The notes under the pieces: model-generated | What the model was told of the DNA's origin: nothing | Database searches by the model: none | What the model saw: the letters and a program-made list of their open reading frames with translations, nothing else | From: Lunatibacter salilacus | GTDB lineage: Bacteria; Bacteroidota; Bacteroidia; Cytophagales; Cyclobacteriaceae | NCBI RefSeq assembly: GCF_009797935.1 | Contig: NZ_VOLC01000004.1 | Location: 192,820-256,819, forward strand | Direction: 5' to 3' | DNA length: 64,000 bases | Translations under genes and position numbers: made by a program | Shown: in pieces, positions 11,014 to 20,844 of the stretch | How the letters are laid out: every line of letters starts with the position of its first letter | How positions within the stretch are numbered: the first letter of the stretch is position 1

Positions 11014-12105
11014 ATGAGCAAGACAGAATACAAGGCAGAAGATTTTATGCTGGATCCCGAGTTTCGACACTGGGTATTTACCCCTGATGAGGAATCTAAA
11101 ATCTATTGGGAAGATTTTTTATTAAAAAATCCAGAAAAGTACGAAGCTATACAGCAAGCTAGGAAATTATTACTCAACCTTTCCCGGGATGTGGTGCAGG
11201 TGGAGGAGAGCCGGATAGATGAAACTTGGGAAAATATTGCGAAATCGATGATGGACATTTCGGATGATCGCATTGGAGGTAAAATTGTGCCATTAAGTTC
11301 AGGTAGTACAATTGAGCGTTTATCGTATCTTTCCAGAGAAGCAAAATACCACAGCCGCCAACTTCACCGGATTGCTGGCATTTTGGTTGTTGCCTTTTTG
11401 TTTGGATTACTTTTCAGTCTGACCCATCAAAATGAGGTAATCATAAAGGAGGTTCTTTTGGTCTATGAAGAACATGAAGCTCCTCCGGGAGTAAAATCTA
11501 ATCTTACCTTGCAGGATGGCACAAAAATCATTCTAAATTCCGGTAGTCGACTGAAGTACCTGAAAAATTTTGAGCTTGAAAGGCGGGAAGTTTTTTTGAT
11601 TGGGGAAGCCTATTTTGATGTAGCAAAAGATAGCCTTAGACCATTTTCAGTGAGGACAGGACCCGTGGTCACAACAGCGATAGGTACTTCTTTCAATATT
11701 TCTGCCTATGGAAACGAGCGTAATGACATATCACTTATTTCGGGAAAAGTAAAAGTGAAAATTGCAATAGATACCACGCACCACGTTGACCTTTTACCCG
11801 GTGAAACTTTAGAAGTTGAAGTGTTAAAAAACACCCACAAGGTAGTTGGTTTTGAAAGTGACCGGGTGCTGGGATGGACAAAGAAGACTATACTGTTTGA
11901 CCGTACACCGCTAGAGAGAGCGATCAGAGTGTTGGAGAATTGGTACGGGGTAGAAATACAGGTAAAAAATCAACCCGATAACGGTGTGCTGCTATCCGGG
12001 AAATTTGTAGACCAAACCCTCAAAGGGGTTTTGGAAGGCCTGAGTTTCTCCACCAGGTTTGATTTTAGAATTGAAAATGATCAAGTTATGATAAACTTTA
12101 ATTAA
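11014..12105 (+). CDS. FecR-family anti-sigma factor
   Basis: Central TM segment; FecR domain (ILNSGSRLKY...); DUF4974-like C-terminus (TPLERAIRVLENWYGVEIQV). Confidence 0.8.
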   Translation: MSKTEYKAEDFMLDPEFRHWVFTPDEESKIYWEDFLLKNPEKYEAIQQARKLLLNLSRDVVQVEESRIDETWENIAKSMMDISDDRIGGKIVPLSSGSTIERLSYLSREAKYHSRQLHRIAGILVVAFLFGLLFSLTHQNEVIIKEVLLVYEEHEAPPGVKSNLTLQDGTKIILNSGSRLKYLKNFELERREVFLIGEAYFDVAKDSLRPFSVRTGPVVTTAIGTSFNISAYGNERNDISLISGKVKVKIAIDTTHHVDLLPGETLEVEVLKNTHKVVGFESDRVLGWTKKTILFDRTPLERAIRVLENWYGVEIQVKNQPDNGVLLSGKFVDQTLKGVLEGLSFSTRFDFRIENDQVMINFN

Positions 12106-12273
12106 CCCCTCAACCCAAAATGCCTATGTAACATCGCCAGTGACTAATAAAAAGGCCATGGATGGTTGAAGCACCCATGGCCAATAATAACCGGTTTCCG
12201 AGAGTCCAATCTCATGACCGGCAAAAATGTCTGTTTAAACAATTGGCTTAGCCTAAACAAACTATTCAAAGAT

Positions 12274-15200
12274 ATGAAAAAAGAAATACTTAAACATGTT
12301 CTACACATGACCAAGTTATTCACTATTGCTTTTCTGATTCAGTGCATGACCATGACTATTCTCCTGGCATGGAACGGAAACGCCCAAATCAAGGATATTG
12401 AAGACGTAAAATTGTCTCTTGCCGTTGATAATATGAAGATTGAATCAGTTTTTAAAAAACTGGAAAAAAGCTCCGGGTACAATTTTGTTTACACCAATAA
12501 AGAGCTGAAAGATGTTCCGCTAGTGAGTTTTATGTCGGAAAGCGAAAGCCTTTATGACATTCTTTCATCCCTATCCCAGCAACTGGATCTCAACTTCAAG
12601 CAGGTAGACTACAACATTCATGTGAAAAAAAACATAATAGACCCTAACGCAACTACAACGGTTACGACGGCAGCTGAGATTTCGGGTACAGTCACAGACG
12701 CTAATGGAGAGCCGATTCCAGGTGCTACTGTTTTTGTGGAAGGAACTAATACCGGGACGGTAACTGATGTCGATGGAAGGTTTGTCCTTGAGGTAGGCGA
12801 GGAGAGTGTGATTGTCATTTCTTTTATCGGATATAAGACTAACCGACTGTCTGTCTCAGGTCGGTCGGTATTTGATATTGTATTGGAAGAGGACCAGTCA
12901 TCATTGGATGAAGTGGTAGTGGTCGGTTACGGCACGCAAAAACGAGTAAACTTAACAGGTGCAGTGGACGTCGTAAGCGGGGAGCGTTTGGCAAACCGGG
13001 CTGCCAACAATGTAGCTGATTTAATACAAGGCACAACGCCCAACTTAAACATAACGATGAACATGCGGGGAGGAGAACCTGGTTCTACTAGCTCCTGGAA
13101 CCTTCGTGGAATGGGATCCTTGGCGGGGAATGCATCTCCCTTGATTCTGGTAGATGGCGTGGAGATGAATATCAACAATGTGGATCCGGAATCCATCGAG
13201 ACTATTTCTGTACTCAAAGACGCATCGGCTTCTGCCATTTACGGTGCCCGTGCACCCTTTGGCGTTATTTTGATCACTACCAAGAAAGGGGGCAAGGGTG
13301 AAAAAGTAACTGTACAATACTCCAATAACTTATCATTTAATACGCCTATCCGAGTTCCCAGTTTTGTCGATTCGTATACTTGGGCAACTGCTTACAATCA
13401 AGCCAACGCTAATGCAGGCCTTACACCTGTGTATAGCGATGAGCAAATGAACCGCATTAAAGGCCATATTGACGGCACCTTTCCTTATGAATACGATCCT
13501 GAAAATCCCATAGACAATATTTGGGCGGGCAGGCGTAACGGAAATGCAAATAATGATTGGCCCCATATGTTACTTCGGGACTATTCAGTAAACCAAAAAC
13601 ATAATCTAAGCGTGTCCGGAGGAAATGAGAAAAATCAATATTTCCTTTCTGGCGGATATATCCACCAAAACGGAATGTATCAATGGGGGAACGACCATTA
13701 CAAGCGATACAATTTCATGTCTAATTTCAGCTCCCAAGTTACTTCATGGCTTTCAATAAACACAAGTGTTAAATATGCTGACGGAGAAACAAATTATCCC
13801 ATTGGACAAACCACTGTAGATCGGGAACATTTTTTTAGAGAAATACTGATGTTTGCTCCTATGATGCCATATCGCAATATCAATGGCACAGTACAAAGTC
13901 CTTTAGTACGCTTGCTACAGGGAACGGGTCGCAATGTTACCAACGTCAATGATTTTTTTATAACGCTTGCCGGTGAACTTGAGCCTGTCAAAGGATGGAA
14001 AACTAGATTTTCCTACAATTATAACAATCAAAGCAGTAGAAATACTCGAAATCCCAGACCGGTAATGGTGGAATTAGGTACGGGTGGTTTTGGTAATGTG
14101 GGTAAGCCGAATACCGGATATAGTTCGGTATTTTCCCAAAACATATATAAGTTGGTCAACGCAGTCACCTCCTATGAGAAATCAATTGGAGGACATTATG
14201 TCCAAGGAACTGTAGGATATGAGCAGGAGTACCGCTTTTTTACCGGCTTAAGTGCGTCAGGAACGAATTTAATTTCTACTGAGGTCCCGTCTATAAGTAC
14301 GTCTATTGGTGACAGGATCGTGGGAGATCAAATCTATCATTGGGCCACACAGGGTGTGTTTGGGCGTTTTAACTATAATTTTGATGAAAAGTACCTTTTA
14401 GAATTTAGTGCCCGCTACAATGGATCTTCTAGATTTGACAGGGATAGCCGTTGGGGATTTTTTCCTTCCGCTTCAGCAGGCTATAATATTTCCCAAGAGT
14501 CATTTTGGGATAACCTTCGCTCCCATGTAGGATTATTTAAGATACGGGTTTCCTATGGTTCATTAGGAAATCAAAATGTCAGTAACTACCTCTATCTTCC
14601 TACCATTCCGGTGGCTGTTGAGGCCCCGTGGATCATTGATGGAACCCGGCCTCCTGTTGCGTCAACACCTAATCTAGTTAGTGATGATTTGACATGGGAA
14701 ACCATCACCACCCTAAATACAGGTGTTGATTTGGCTATGATGAATAATAAATTAAACCTAACCTTCGATTGGTTTAACCGCGTTACCTCAAATATGCTTG
14801 GGCCCTCGGTTGTATTGCCGTATCCGCTTGGAGCTACTACACCGCGTGCAAATAATGCCAAACTATCTACAAAGGGATTTGAATTAGGTATCGCATGGGA
14901 AGACCAGTTATCTCCCAGCTTCTCCTATAATGCAGGAATAAATATCGGTGACAGTCGGACCACCATCTTGGAGTATATCAATGAAAACGGCCTGATTGAT
15001 ACCTGGTATGCTGGACAGACCGTAGGGGAGATCTGGGGACATGTTAGCGATGGTTTGATACAGACCGAAGGGGAAAACATGGCCGATCAATCCAGATATT
15101 TCCCCAGATGGGGACCTGGTGACATGAAATACAAGGACTTGAACGGAGACGGCGTAATTAATGATGGCGAGCGGACACTTGATAACCATGGTGATCTTAC

Positions 15201-15771
15201 TGTCATCGGAAATAGTCTGCCACGCTATAACCTTGGGATAACAGGCGGATTCAGATGGGGCCAATTTGATTTTACCATGTTCTGGCAGGGAATCGGGAAA
15301 CGGGACCATTTCCCCCATTTAGGTTCCTCTCCCTTCTGGGGAATGACCAGCTCTTGGGCGGCTTCCGGACTTTACAAAAATTCCCCAACATTGGATTATT
15401 GGCGTCCTGAAAATGAAACTAACTTATTGGGACCAAATACAGACAGCTATTTTCCAAAGCCCTATTTCACCGCCGAAACCAATAAAAACAGACAGGTACA
15501 GTCAGCATATTTGTTAAATGCTGCCTACCTCCGACTGAAGAACCTACAAATAGGGTATACTCTGCCAGCAGCTATATTAAATAAGTTTGCTCTTACAAAT
15601 GCACGGCTGTATTTCTCAGGGGAGAATTTGATTCTGCTTACCAAGCTCCCCGGAACCTATGATCCAGAGACCATGATGGCTTCCGATCCAGGGCAAGGTG
15701 GGTATCTCACCAGCGGTGTGATTTATCCAATTCACAGGTCCTTTTCAGCTGGATTGAATATCAGTTTTTAA
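12274..15771 (+). CDS. SusC/RagA-type TonB-dependent outer-membrane transporter with N-terminal STN signalling domain
   Basis: Start taken at ATG 12274 (MKKEILK..., signal peptide). STN domain (DVKLSLAVDNMKIESVFKKLEKSSGYNFVY); carboxypeptidase-like domain; TonB plug and barrel; C-terminal aromatic residue. Confidence 0.9.
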   Translation: MKKEILKHVLHMTKLFTIAFLIQCMTMTILLAWNGNAQIKDIEDVKLSLAVDNMKIESVFKKLEKSSGYNFVYTNKELKDVPLVSFMSESESLYDILSSLSQQLDLNFKQVDYNIHVKKNIIDPNATTTVTTAAEISGTVTDANGEPIPGATVFVEGTNTGTVTDVDGRFVLEVGEESVIVISFIGYKTNRLSVSGRSVFDIVLEEDQSSLDEVVVVGYGTQKRVNLTGAVDVVSGERLANRAANNVADLIQGTTPNLNITMNMRGGEPGSTSSWNLRGMGSLAGNASPLILVDGVEMNINNVDPESIETISVLKDASASAIYGARAPFGVILITTKKGGKGEKVTVQYSNNLSFNTPIRVPSFVDSYTWATAYNQANANAGLTPVYSDEQMNRIKGHIDGTFPYEYDPENPIDNIWAGRRNGNANNDWPHMLLRDYSVNQKHNLSVSGGNEKNQYFLSGGYIHQNGMYQWGNDHYKRYNFMSNFSSQVTSWLSINTSVKYADGETNYPIGQTTVDREHFFREILMFAPMMPYRNINGTVQSPLVRLLQGTGRNVTNVNDFFITLAGELEPVKGWKTRFSYNYNNQSSRNTRNPRPVMVELGTGGFGNVGKPNTGYSSVFSQNIYKLVNAVTSYEKSIGGHYVQGTVGYEQEYRFFTGLSASGTNLISTEVPSISTSIGDRIVGDQIYHWATQGVFGRFNYNFDEKYLLEFSARYNGSSRFDRDSRWGFFPSASAGYNISQESFWDNLRSHVGLFKIRVSYGSLGNQNVSNYLYLPTIPVAVEAPWIIDGTRPPVASTPNLVSDDLTWETITTLNTGVDLAMMNNKLNLTFDWFNRVTSNMLGPSVVLPYPLGATTPRANNAKLSTKGFELGIAWEDQLSPSFSYNAGINIGDSRTTILEYINENGLIDTWYAGQTVGEIWGHVSDGLIQTEGENMADQSRYFPRWGPGDMKYKDLNGDGVINDGERTLDNHGDLTVIGNSLPRYNLGITGGFRWGQFDFTMFWQGIGKRDHFPHLGSSPFWGMTSSWAASGLYKNSPTLDYWRPENETNLLGPNTDSYFPKPYFTAETNKNRQVQSAYLLNAAYLRLKNLQIGYTLPAAILNKFALTNARLYFSGENLILLTKLPGTYDPETMMASDPGQGGYLTSGVIYPIHRSFSAGLNISF

Positions 15772-15779
15772 TTTAAATA

Positions 15780-17507
15780 ATGGAACTTATGAAACGTTTG
15801 ACTCCTATATTCTTAATTCTGGTCATCTTGAATTTTAGCTCCTGCGATGACGATTTCCTACAACGTACGCCATTGGATGCTGTCTCTGCGTTGGATTATT
15901 TCAATTCTCCCGATGAATTGAAAACTTATCTCAACCAATTTTACAATGCGGCCAATTTCCCCAAATATGCCAACCATGGAAGTGATTTTGAAAGTGACAA
16001 CCAAGTTGCGCTAATTCCTAATCGGCGTCTAGAAGGCTCCCGTATTGTCAGGCCTAGCGGCGGCATGGGTTTTAACAGTGTTAGAAGTATTAATTATTTC
16101 TTTGACAACTATAAAAGGGTTGAAGCAAACCACAGTTTTGAGAGTTTCCAGCAATATCTTGGAGAGGCTTATTTCTTCCGTGGGCTCATATATTTTGACC
16201 TTATGCGTACCTATGGAGATATGCAGATCATCACCTCAGAATTGGGAACCAGCTCTCCGGAGCTTTATAATCCCAGAAACCCCAGAAATGAGGTTGCCGA
16301 TTTCATTATCGGCCAGCTTGATTCCGCGGCGATGTATCTTACCAGTGATAAAACAGGTGGTGCTGGAAGAGTGAACCGATGGATGGCTCTACTCATCCAA
16401 AGCCGTGCAGCTCTATATGAGGGTACTTGGGAAAAATACCATGCCAACAGTGCTTTTGGTGTATCAAATCCCAATTCTGAAAAATATTTTAATAAGGCTG
16501 CGGATGCCGCGTTAGAAATCATGGAGTCCGGGGTATATGAGGTATATCAGACTGGCAATCCCCAGCGGGACTATAAGGATCTTTTTGCCTTGCAGGATTT
16601 TACCTCCAACAGTGAAGTTATGTTCTGGCGTAGGTATGATAATGAGTTGACCAGAGGGGGAGTAGGTTTTACAAACGACCGGAATTTTCGGATGGAAACT
16701 CCTCTTGGAAACACCATCACCAAGCAATTGGCTGATTCCTATCTATGTATAGACGGAAAGCCCATCACGGGCAGCCCTTTGTTCGGTGGCCACAGTACAC
16801 TTCTGGAGGAAGCAGAAAACAGGGATCCAAGGTTTTACCAAACCATCGCCACACCGAAGGAGACTTGGAAAATTTTCGCAGACGGAACGATCCAGTTGTG
16901 GGAGGAAGCCTATGATCGACTTAATGCAACGAACGATTTCAACGCACCAAGCGGATATATTATCCAAAAAGGGTACAATCCAAATATGATATATCATGTT
17001 CAGCAATACGAGGAATCTCCAGGTCTAATATATAGGTATGCTGAGGCGTTGCTCAACTATGCTGAAGCCAAAGCTGAATTGGGAACTATCACCCAACAAG
17101 ACATAGATATCTCCATCAAACCGCTGAGAGACAGGGTGGGGATGCCGAATCTAAATTTGGCTGATATCATCACCGATCCAGATTGGAATTTTCCTGCATT
17201 ATCCCCAATAATAAATGAGGTACGCAGGGAAAGAAGAGTGGAGTTGGCAGCAGAGGGTTTCCGATGGGATGATATCGCAAGGTGGGCCGCTGCGGATGAG
17301 CTCGTCGTCGGTACTCGCCCGAAGGGAATGCATGCCGGACAGATTAATGTGAATCCTTTCCCAGTAGACGAAAATGGATTTCTAGATCCATTGAGGACTG
17401 CATTGCCTAATGGTTATGCGTTTAAACTGGATAGGGATTATCTGAATTCTCTCCCAATCTCTGAACTGGTTTTGAATCCAAACCTCACTCAAAATCCAGG
17501 TTGGTGA
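15780..17507 (+). CDS. SusD/RagB-family nutrient-binding lipoprotein
   Basis: Lipobox LNFSSCDDDF; sits 9 bp after SusC; SusD-like TPR region (AEAYFFRGLIYFDLMRTYG). Confidence 0.85.
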   Translation: MELMKRLTPIFLILVILNFSSCDDDFLQRTPLDAVSALDYFNSPDELKTYLNQFYNAANFPKYANHGSDFESDNQVALIPNRRLEGSRIVRPSGGMGFNSVRSINYFFDNYKRVEANHSFESFQQYLGEAYFFRGLIYFDLMRTYGDMQIITSELGTSSPELYNPRNPRNEVADFIIGQLDSAAMYLTSDKTGGAGRVNRWMALLIQSRAALYEGTWEKYHANSAFGVSNPNSEKYFNKAADAALEIMESGVYEVYQTGNPQRDYKDLFALQDFTSNSEVMFWRRYDNELTRGGVGFTNDRNFRMETPLGNTITKQLADSYLCIDGKPITGSPLFGGHSTLLEEAENRDPRFYQTIATPKETWKIFADGTIQLWEEAYDRLNATNDFNAPSGYIIQKGYNPNMIYHVQQYEESPGLIYRYAEALLNYAEAKAELGTITQQDIDISIKPLRDRVGMPNLNLADIITDPDWNFPALSPIINEVRRERRVELAAEGFRWDDIARWAAADELVVGTRPKGMHAGQINVNPFPVDENGFLDPLRTALPNGYAFKLDRDYLNSLPISELVLNPNLTQNPGW

Positions 17508-19042
17508 TATTGAAAATTCCGTCTGATGTTATTCATCGAAATGTAAATCGAATTCTAGTTTTAGTGAGTTTGCTTCCTTTTTATTTGGCTTGCGAAAAAC
17601 CTAAAATAAATGAATTTGAAACTGTGTATAGTTTCGGCGAAAGTATATTGGGAATCACTACCGTGGCGGACGGTCTGGATTGGGATATAGTATGGGGCCC
17701 TGACGGAAATCTATGGTTTACAGAGCAAGCCGGGCGCATAAGCAGCTTAAATGTATCTACAAATGAGATTACCCAGCATTTGGTATTGGAGGATACTTAT
17801 CGGATGCGGACCTCTGGCTTGTTGGGAATAGCTCTTCATGTCAGTAATGAAGGGCAGTTCTTTGTATTTGTAGCGTATACAGCAAAGAAGGATGAAGAAA
17901 CTCGGGTGTCAAGGGTAATGAGATATACCAAAAAGGGAGATAGTTTGGATGATCCGCACCTTATCTTGGAATATCCGGCTTGGTCTGGCCATTTCGGCGC
18001 TCGGGTAGTTGTCTCACCGGATGGGAAATTGTTGGTAGCTACCGGTGACGGTGCCCAACATGAAAATGCCCAGAATTGGCAGTCACCCAATGGTAAAATC
18101 CTTCGGTTCAATTTGGACGGCACTATTCCGGATGACAACCCTGAATTGGGAAGTCCGGTCTGGGCTAGCGGCCTTAGAAATCCCCAGGGACTGGACTATT
18201 CGGATAAAGGCATATTGTACGTGTCTGATCACGGAGACGCCACTGACGATGAGGTGAACCTTATAGGAAGACAGGGTAACTATGGTTGGCCGAATGTAGA
18301 AGGCTTTATTGATAGGGAGGATGAAATTGACTTTGCATCTGAAAAAAGAATCACAGAGCCCCTAGTCGCTTGGACACCAACTATCGCCCCGGCTGGAATT
18401 GCCTTTTACGGATCTGGTCCCATTTCGGTATTTAACAATAGCCTGTTATTGGCCACACTTAAGGGAAGTAGCTTGAGAGTACTTAAGCTAAACGCTCTTG
18501 GAAATGAGGTTGTTGCTGATTCCGTATTGTTTACGCAGGCTTTTGGTAGATTGCGTTCAGTATGCGTGGCTCCCAATGGTGACGTTTACGTAGGTACCAG
18601 CAATAGGGATTGGAACCCTTTCGGATTTGCCAAAGAAAATGACGACAGAATCATTCGTATATCCCATGTAGACAGATTAGATGATCGCACCATTAAACCA
18701 GCGGTGACAATCAATTCATCTGATGATGTTGTGAGTAGGGGAGAATCCTTGTATCTTGATTACTGTTCGTCCTGCCACAAGCCGAATGGTACAGGCGTGG
18801 AAAACATTTTTCCATCGTTACTAAAGGCACCTTTAGTGAATTCGCCGGACAAGATCTCGTTGATAGATTTGGTACTAAAGGGAAAGGGTGAAATGCCCTC
18901 TTTCGGATTTCTATCCAATGAGGACTTAGCTATCGTCATGACATATATTAGAAAAAGGTTTGGGCCGCAAGCTAGTCCACTAACCGAGAATGAGGTCCAG
19001 CATCAAAGGCAAAATGCTTCCACTTCTCACATTGAAAATTGA
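17501..19042 (+). CDS. PQQ-dependent (Asd/YliI-type) sugar dehydrogenase fused to a C-terminal cytochrome c domain, lipoprotein
   Basis: Non-ATG (TTG/GTG) start overlapping the SusD stop; lipobox LLPFYLAC; GLLGIALH, GLRNPQGLDY, NYGWP propeller motifs; C-terminal CSSCH heme site plus distal Met. Confidence 0.7.
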   Translation: MVILKIPSDVIHRNVNRILVLVSLLPFYLACEKPKINEFETVYSFGESILGITTVADGLDWDIVWGPDGNLWFTEQAGRISSLNVSTNEITQHLVLEDTYRMRTSGLLGIALHVSNEGQFFVFVAYTAKKDEETRVSRVMRYTKKGDSLDDPHLILEYPAWSGHFGARVVVSPDGKLLVATGDGAQHENAQNWQSPNGKILRFNLDGTIPDDNPELGSPVWASGLRNPQGLDYSDKGILYVSDHGDATDDEVNLIGRQGNYGWPNVEGFIDREDEIDFASEKRITEPLVAWTPTIAPAGIAFYGSGPISVFNNSLLLATLKGSSLRVLKLNALGNEVVADSVLFTQAFGRLRSVCVAPNGDVYVGTSNRDWNPFGFAKENDDRIIRISHVDRLDDRTIKPAVTINSSDDVVSRGESLYLDYCSSCHKPNGTGVENIFPSLLKAPLVNSPDKISLIDLVLKGKGEMPSFGFLSNEDLAIVMTYIRKRFGPQASPLTENEVQHQRQNASTSHIEN

Positions 19043-19075
19043 CTGGGTTTAGAGAACCTAAAAAAACTATACACA

Positions 19076-19114
19076 AAGGCTTGGTGAATATCTCTTCATC
19101 AAGCCTTTATTTTA
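19076..19114 (+). terminator. rho-independent terminator after the SusC/SusD/dehydrogenase operon
   Basis: AAGGCTTG..(16 nt)..CAAGCCTT hairpin followed by TATTTTAAAAG, 34 nt after the stop codon. Confidence 0.5.
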
Positions 19115-19394
19115 AAAGAGGACAGTCTTTTTTAGTTATTGTTAGGATGTTGGTCTTATCGACAAAAGACCGGATATTATATTTTCGTTCCGTAATATCC
19201 ACATCCCTAACCTTTCATTTGATACGCCATCTTTCAGCAGATAATCAAATTGAAGGCTGTCTTTTTCAATATTCGCATTCATACATTTGAATAAAAAATC
19301 CTGATCCGGCAAAGCTGTATTACCAAGATCTGAAATATGGGTCGAGATAAAAAAGAAGCATTTCAAATTAAAAGTTTAGGATTAAAATTCTTTC

Positions 19395-20726
19395 TCATTG
19401 ACGTGCAATAGCCCGATCCAAAATATCCAAAGCTTTGTCCAATTCCGCATAGGAAATCGTGAGGGCGGGAGTGAGGGTAAGTACATTTCCCATGGAAATT
19501 TTAAAGCTTAGACCCAATTCCAGACAGGAATACATTACTTTTTCTGCCAAGTCCAAGGCCCGACTCCCGTCCGGAAGTACTAATTCCACTCCTATCAGCA
19601 ACCCCAATCCCCTGATATCCCCGATGCAGGCATGTTTTTCACGCAGTTTTTCCAATCCTGTTCTTAGATAAGATCCTTTTTCAATCACCTTATTTAGGAG
19701 GTCATTTTCATCAATAAACCGGATCACAGCCAAACCTACCGCCATGGCTATGGGGTTTTTCTCATGGGTGTAGTGGCCGATTGAGCGGCTTTTCACTGAT
19801 TCATTTAGCCCTTCTCGGGCGATCATGGCAGCCAGCGGAAGCATTCCTCCTCCTATACTTTTGCCAATAACCACAATGTCGGGTACGATATCATACTGCT
19901 CAAACGTAAAGAAGGTCCCTGTTCTCCCCACACCATGGGGTATTTCATCCAGGATTAATAATGCGCCATATTTATCACAGGAATTGCGGATTCTTTTCCA
20001 ATAATCCTTCGGAGGTATATAGGGCGTACTGCGAACGGTCTCTGCTATTACCGCACACACATCCTGTTCCTTTTCCAGCACATATTCGATATAATCCGCA
20101 CATTTCAGCGAACAGCTTTCACCGCAATCGAAGGGACAATGTGTGGGATCCGAAGGGGGAACATGATTTGTCCCAGAAAGCAGTGGCCCTGCATCCTTGC
20201 GGAACACGGCTTCCCCACCTATAGAAATCATATCTAAGGATGCGCCATGAAATGAATCCCAAAGACTGATGGTTTTGTGCCTGCCAGTAGCCGCCCTTGC
20301 AAGTTTCAACGCCATCCCCATGGCAACCGTGCCTCCGGGGGCGAACAGTACCCGGTTTAGGTCTCCCGGTGCAAGTTCGGTCAGTTTTTTGGCAAAGGCA
20401 ATGGCCGTATCATTAGTATAGCGGCGGGGACTGAAAGGCAATTTTTCCATTTGCTCGATGATAGCTTGCTTGACAGCCGGGTTGCCGTACCCAACATGGT
20501 GGGCACTGTTGCCGTGAAAGTCCAAATAGGCCTTATCCTGATGATCATAAATATAAGAACCCTCAGCTCTCGTTATGACGTTCAGACAGGGCGTTGACAA
20601 AGTCTGATGCATAAAGTACTTTTCATCCTCCCTCAGAATTTCCTTGGTGGATTCATCCAGTTTATCGTACCACTTGGCCCGTTCTTCCCCAAGATTAATA
20701 TCGCCTTCTGACTTTAACTCCTTCAT
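19395..20726 (-). CDS. class III (omega-type) PLP aminotransferase with a Cys-rich insert
   Basis: ILDEIPHGVGRTGTFF...VIGKSIGGG class-III signature; unusual CPFDCGESCSLKC (CX3CX3CX3C) segment. Confidence 0.75.
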   Translation of the reverse strand: MKELKSEGDINLGEERAKWYDKLDESTKEILREDEKYFMHQTLSTPCLNVITRAEGSYIYDHQDKAYLDFHGNSAHHVGYGNPAVKQAIIEQMEKLPFSPRRYTNDTAIAFAKKLTELAPGDLNRVLFAPGGTVAMGMALKLARAATGRHKTISLWDSFHGASLDMISIGGEAVFRKDAGPLLSGTNHVPPSDPTHCPFDCGESCSLKCADYIEYVLEKEQDVCAVIAETVRSTPYIPPKDYWKRIRNSCDKYGALLILDEIPHGVGRTGTFFTFEQYDIVPDIVVIGKSIGGGMLPLAAMIAREGLNESVKSRSIGHYTHEKNPIAMAVGLAVIRFIDENDLLNKVIEKGSYLRTGLEKLREKHACIGDIRGLGLLIGVELVLPDGSRALDLAEKVMYSCLELGLSFKISMGNVLTLTPALTISYAELDKALDILDRAIARQ

Positions 20727-20844
20727 TTTACAGACTTTTCATTAATATTAAAGATCAAATCGATAAACCTTTCTTTGACTGGATTTATCAAATTTAACCC
20801 ATTTTTTGAGATGTTTGATTCGAGATGTCAGAAAGTAAATGACC

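Noticed and set aside
12618-15318. Minus-strand ORFs of 65-136 aa inside the SusC gene
   Set aside because: They are fully nested antisense to a high-confidence 1166-aa TonB-dependent transporter and have no motifs.
19039-19366. 83-aa (+) and 74-aa (-) ORFs after the dehydrogenase gene
   Set aside because: They overlap the terminator hairpin and an AT-rich intergenic region, and they have implausible composition.
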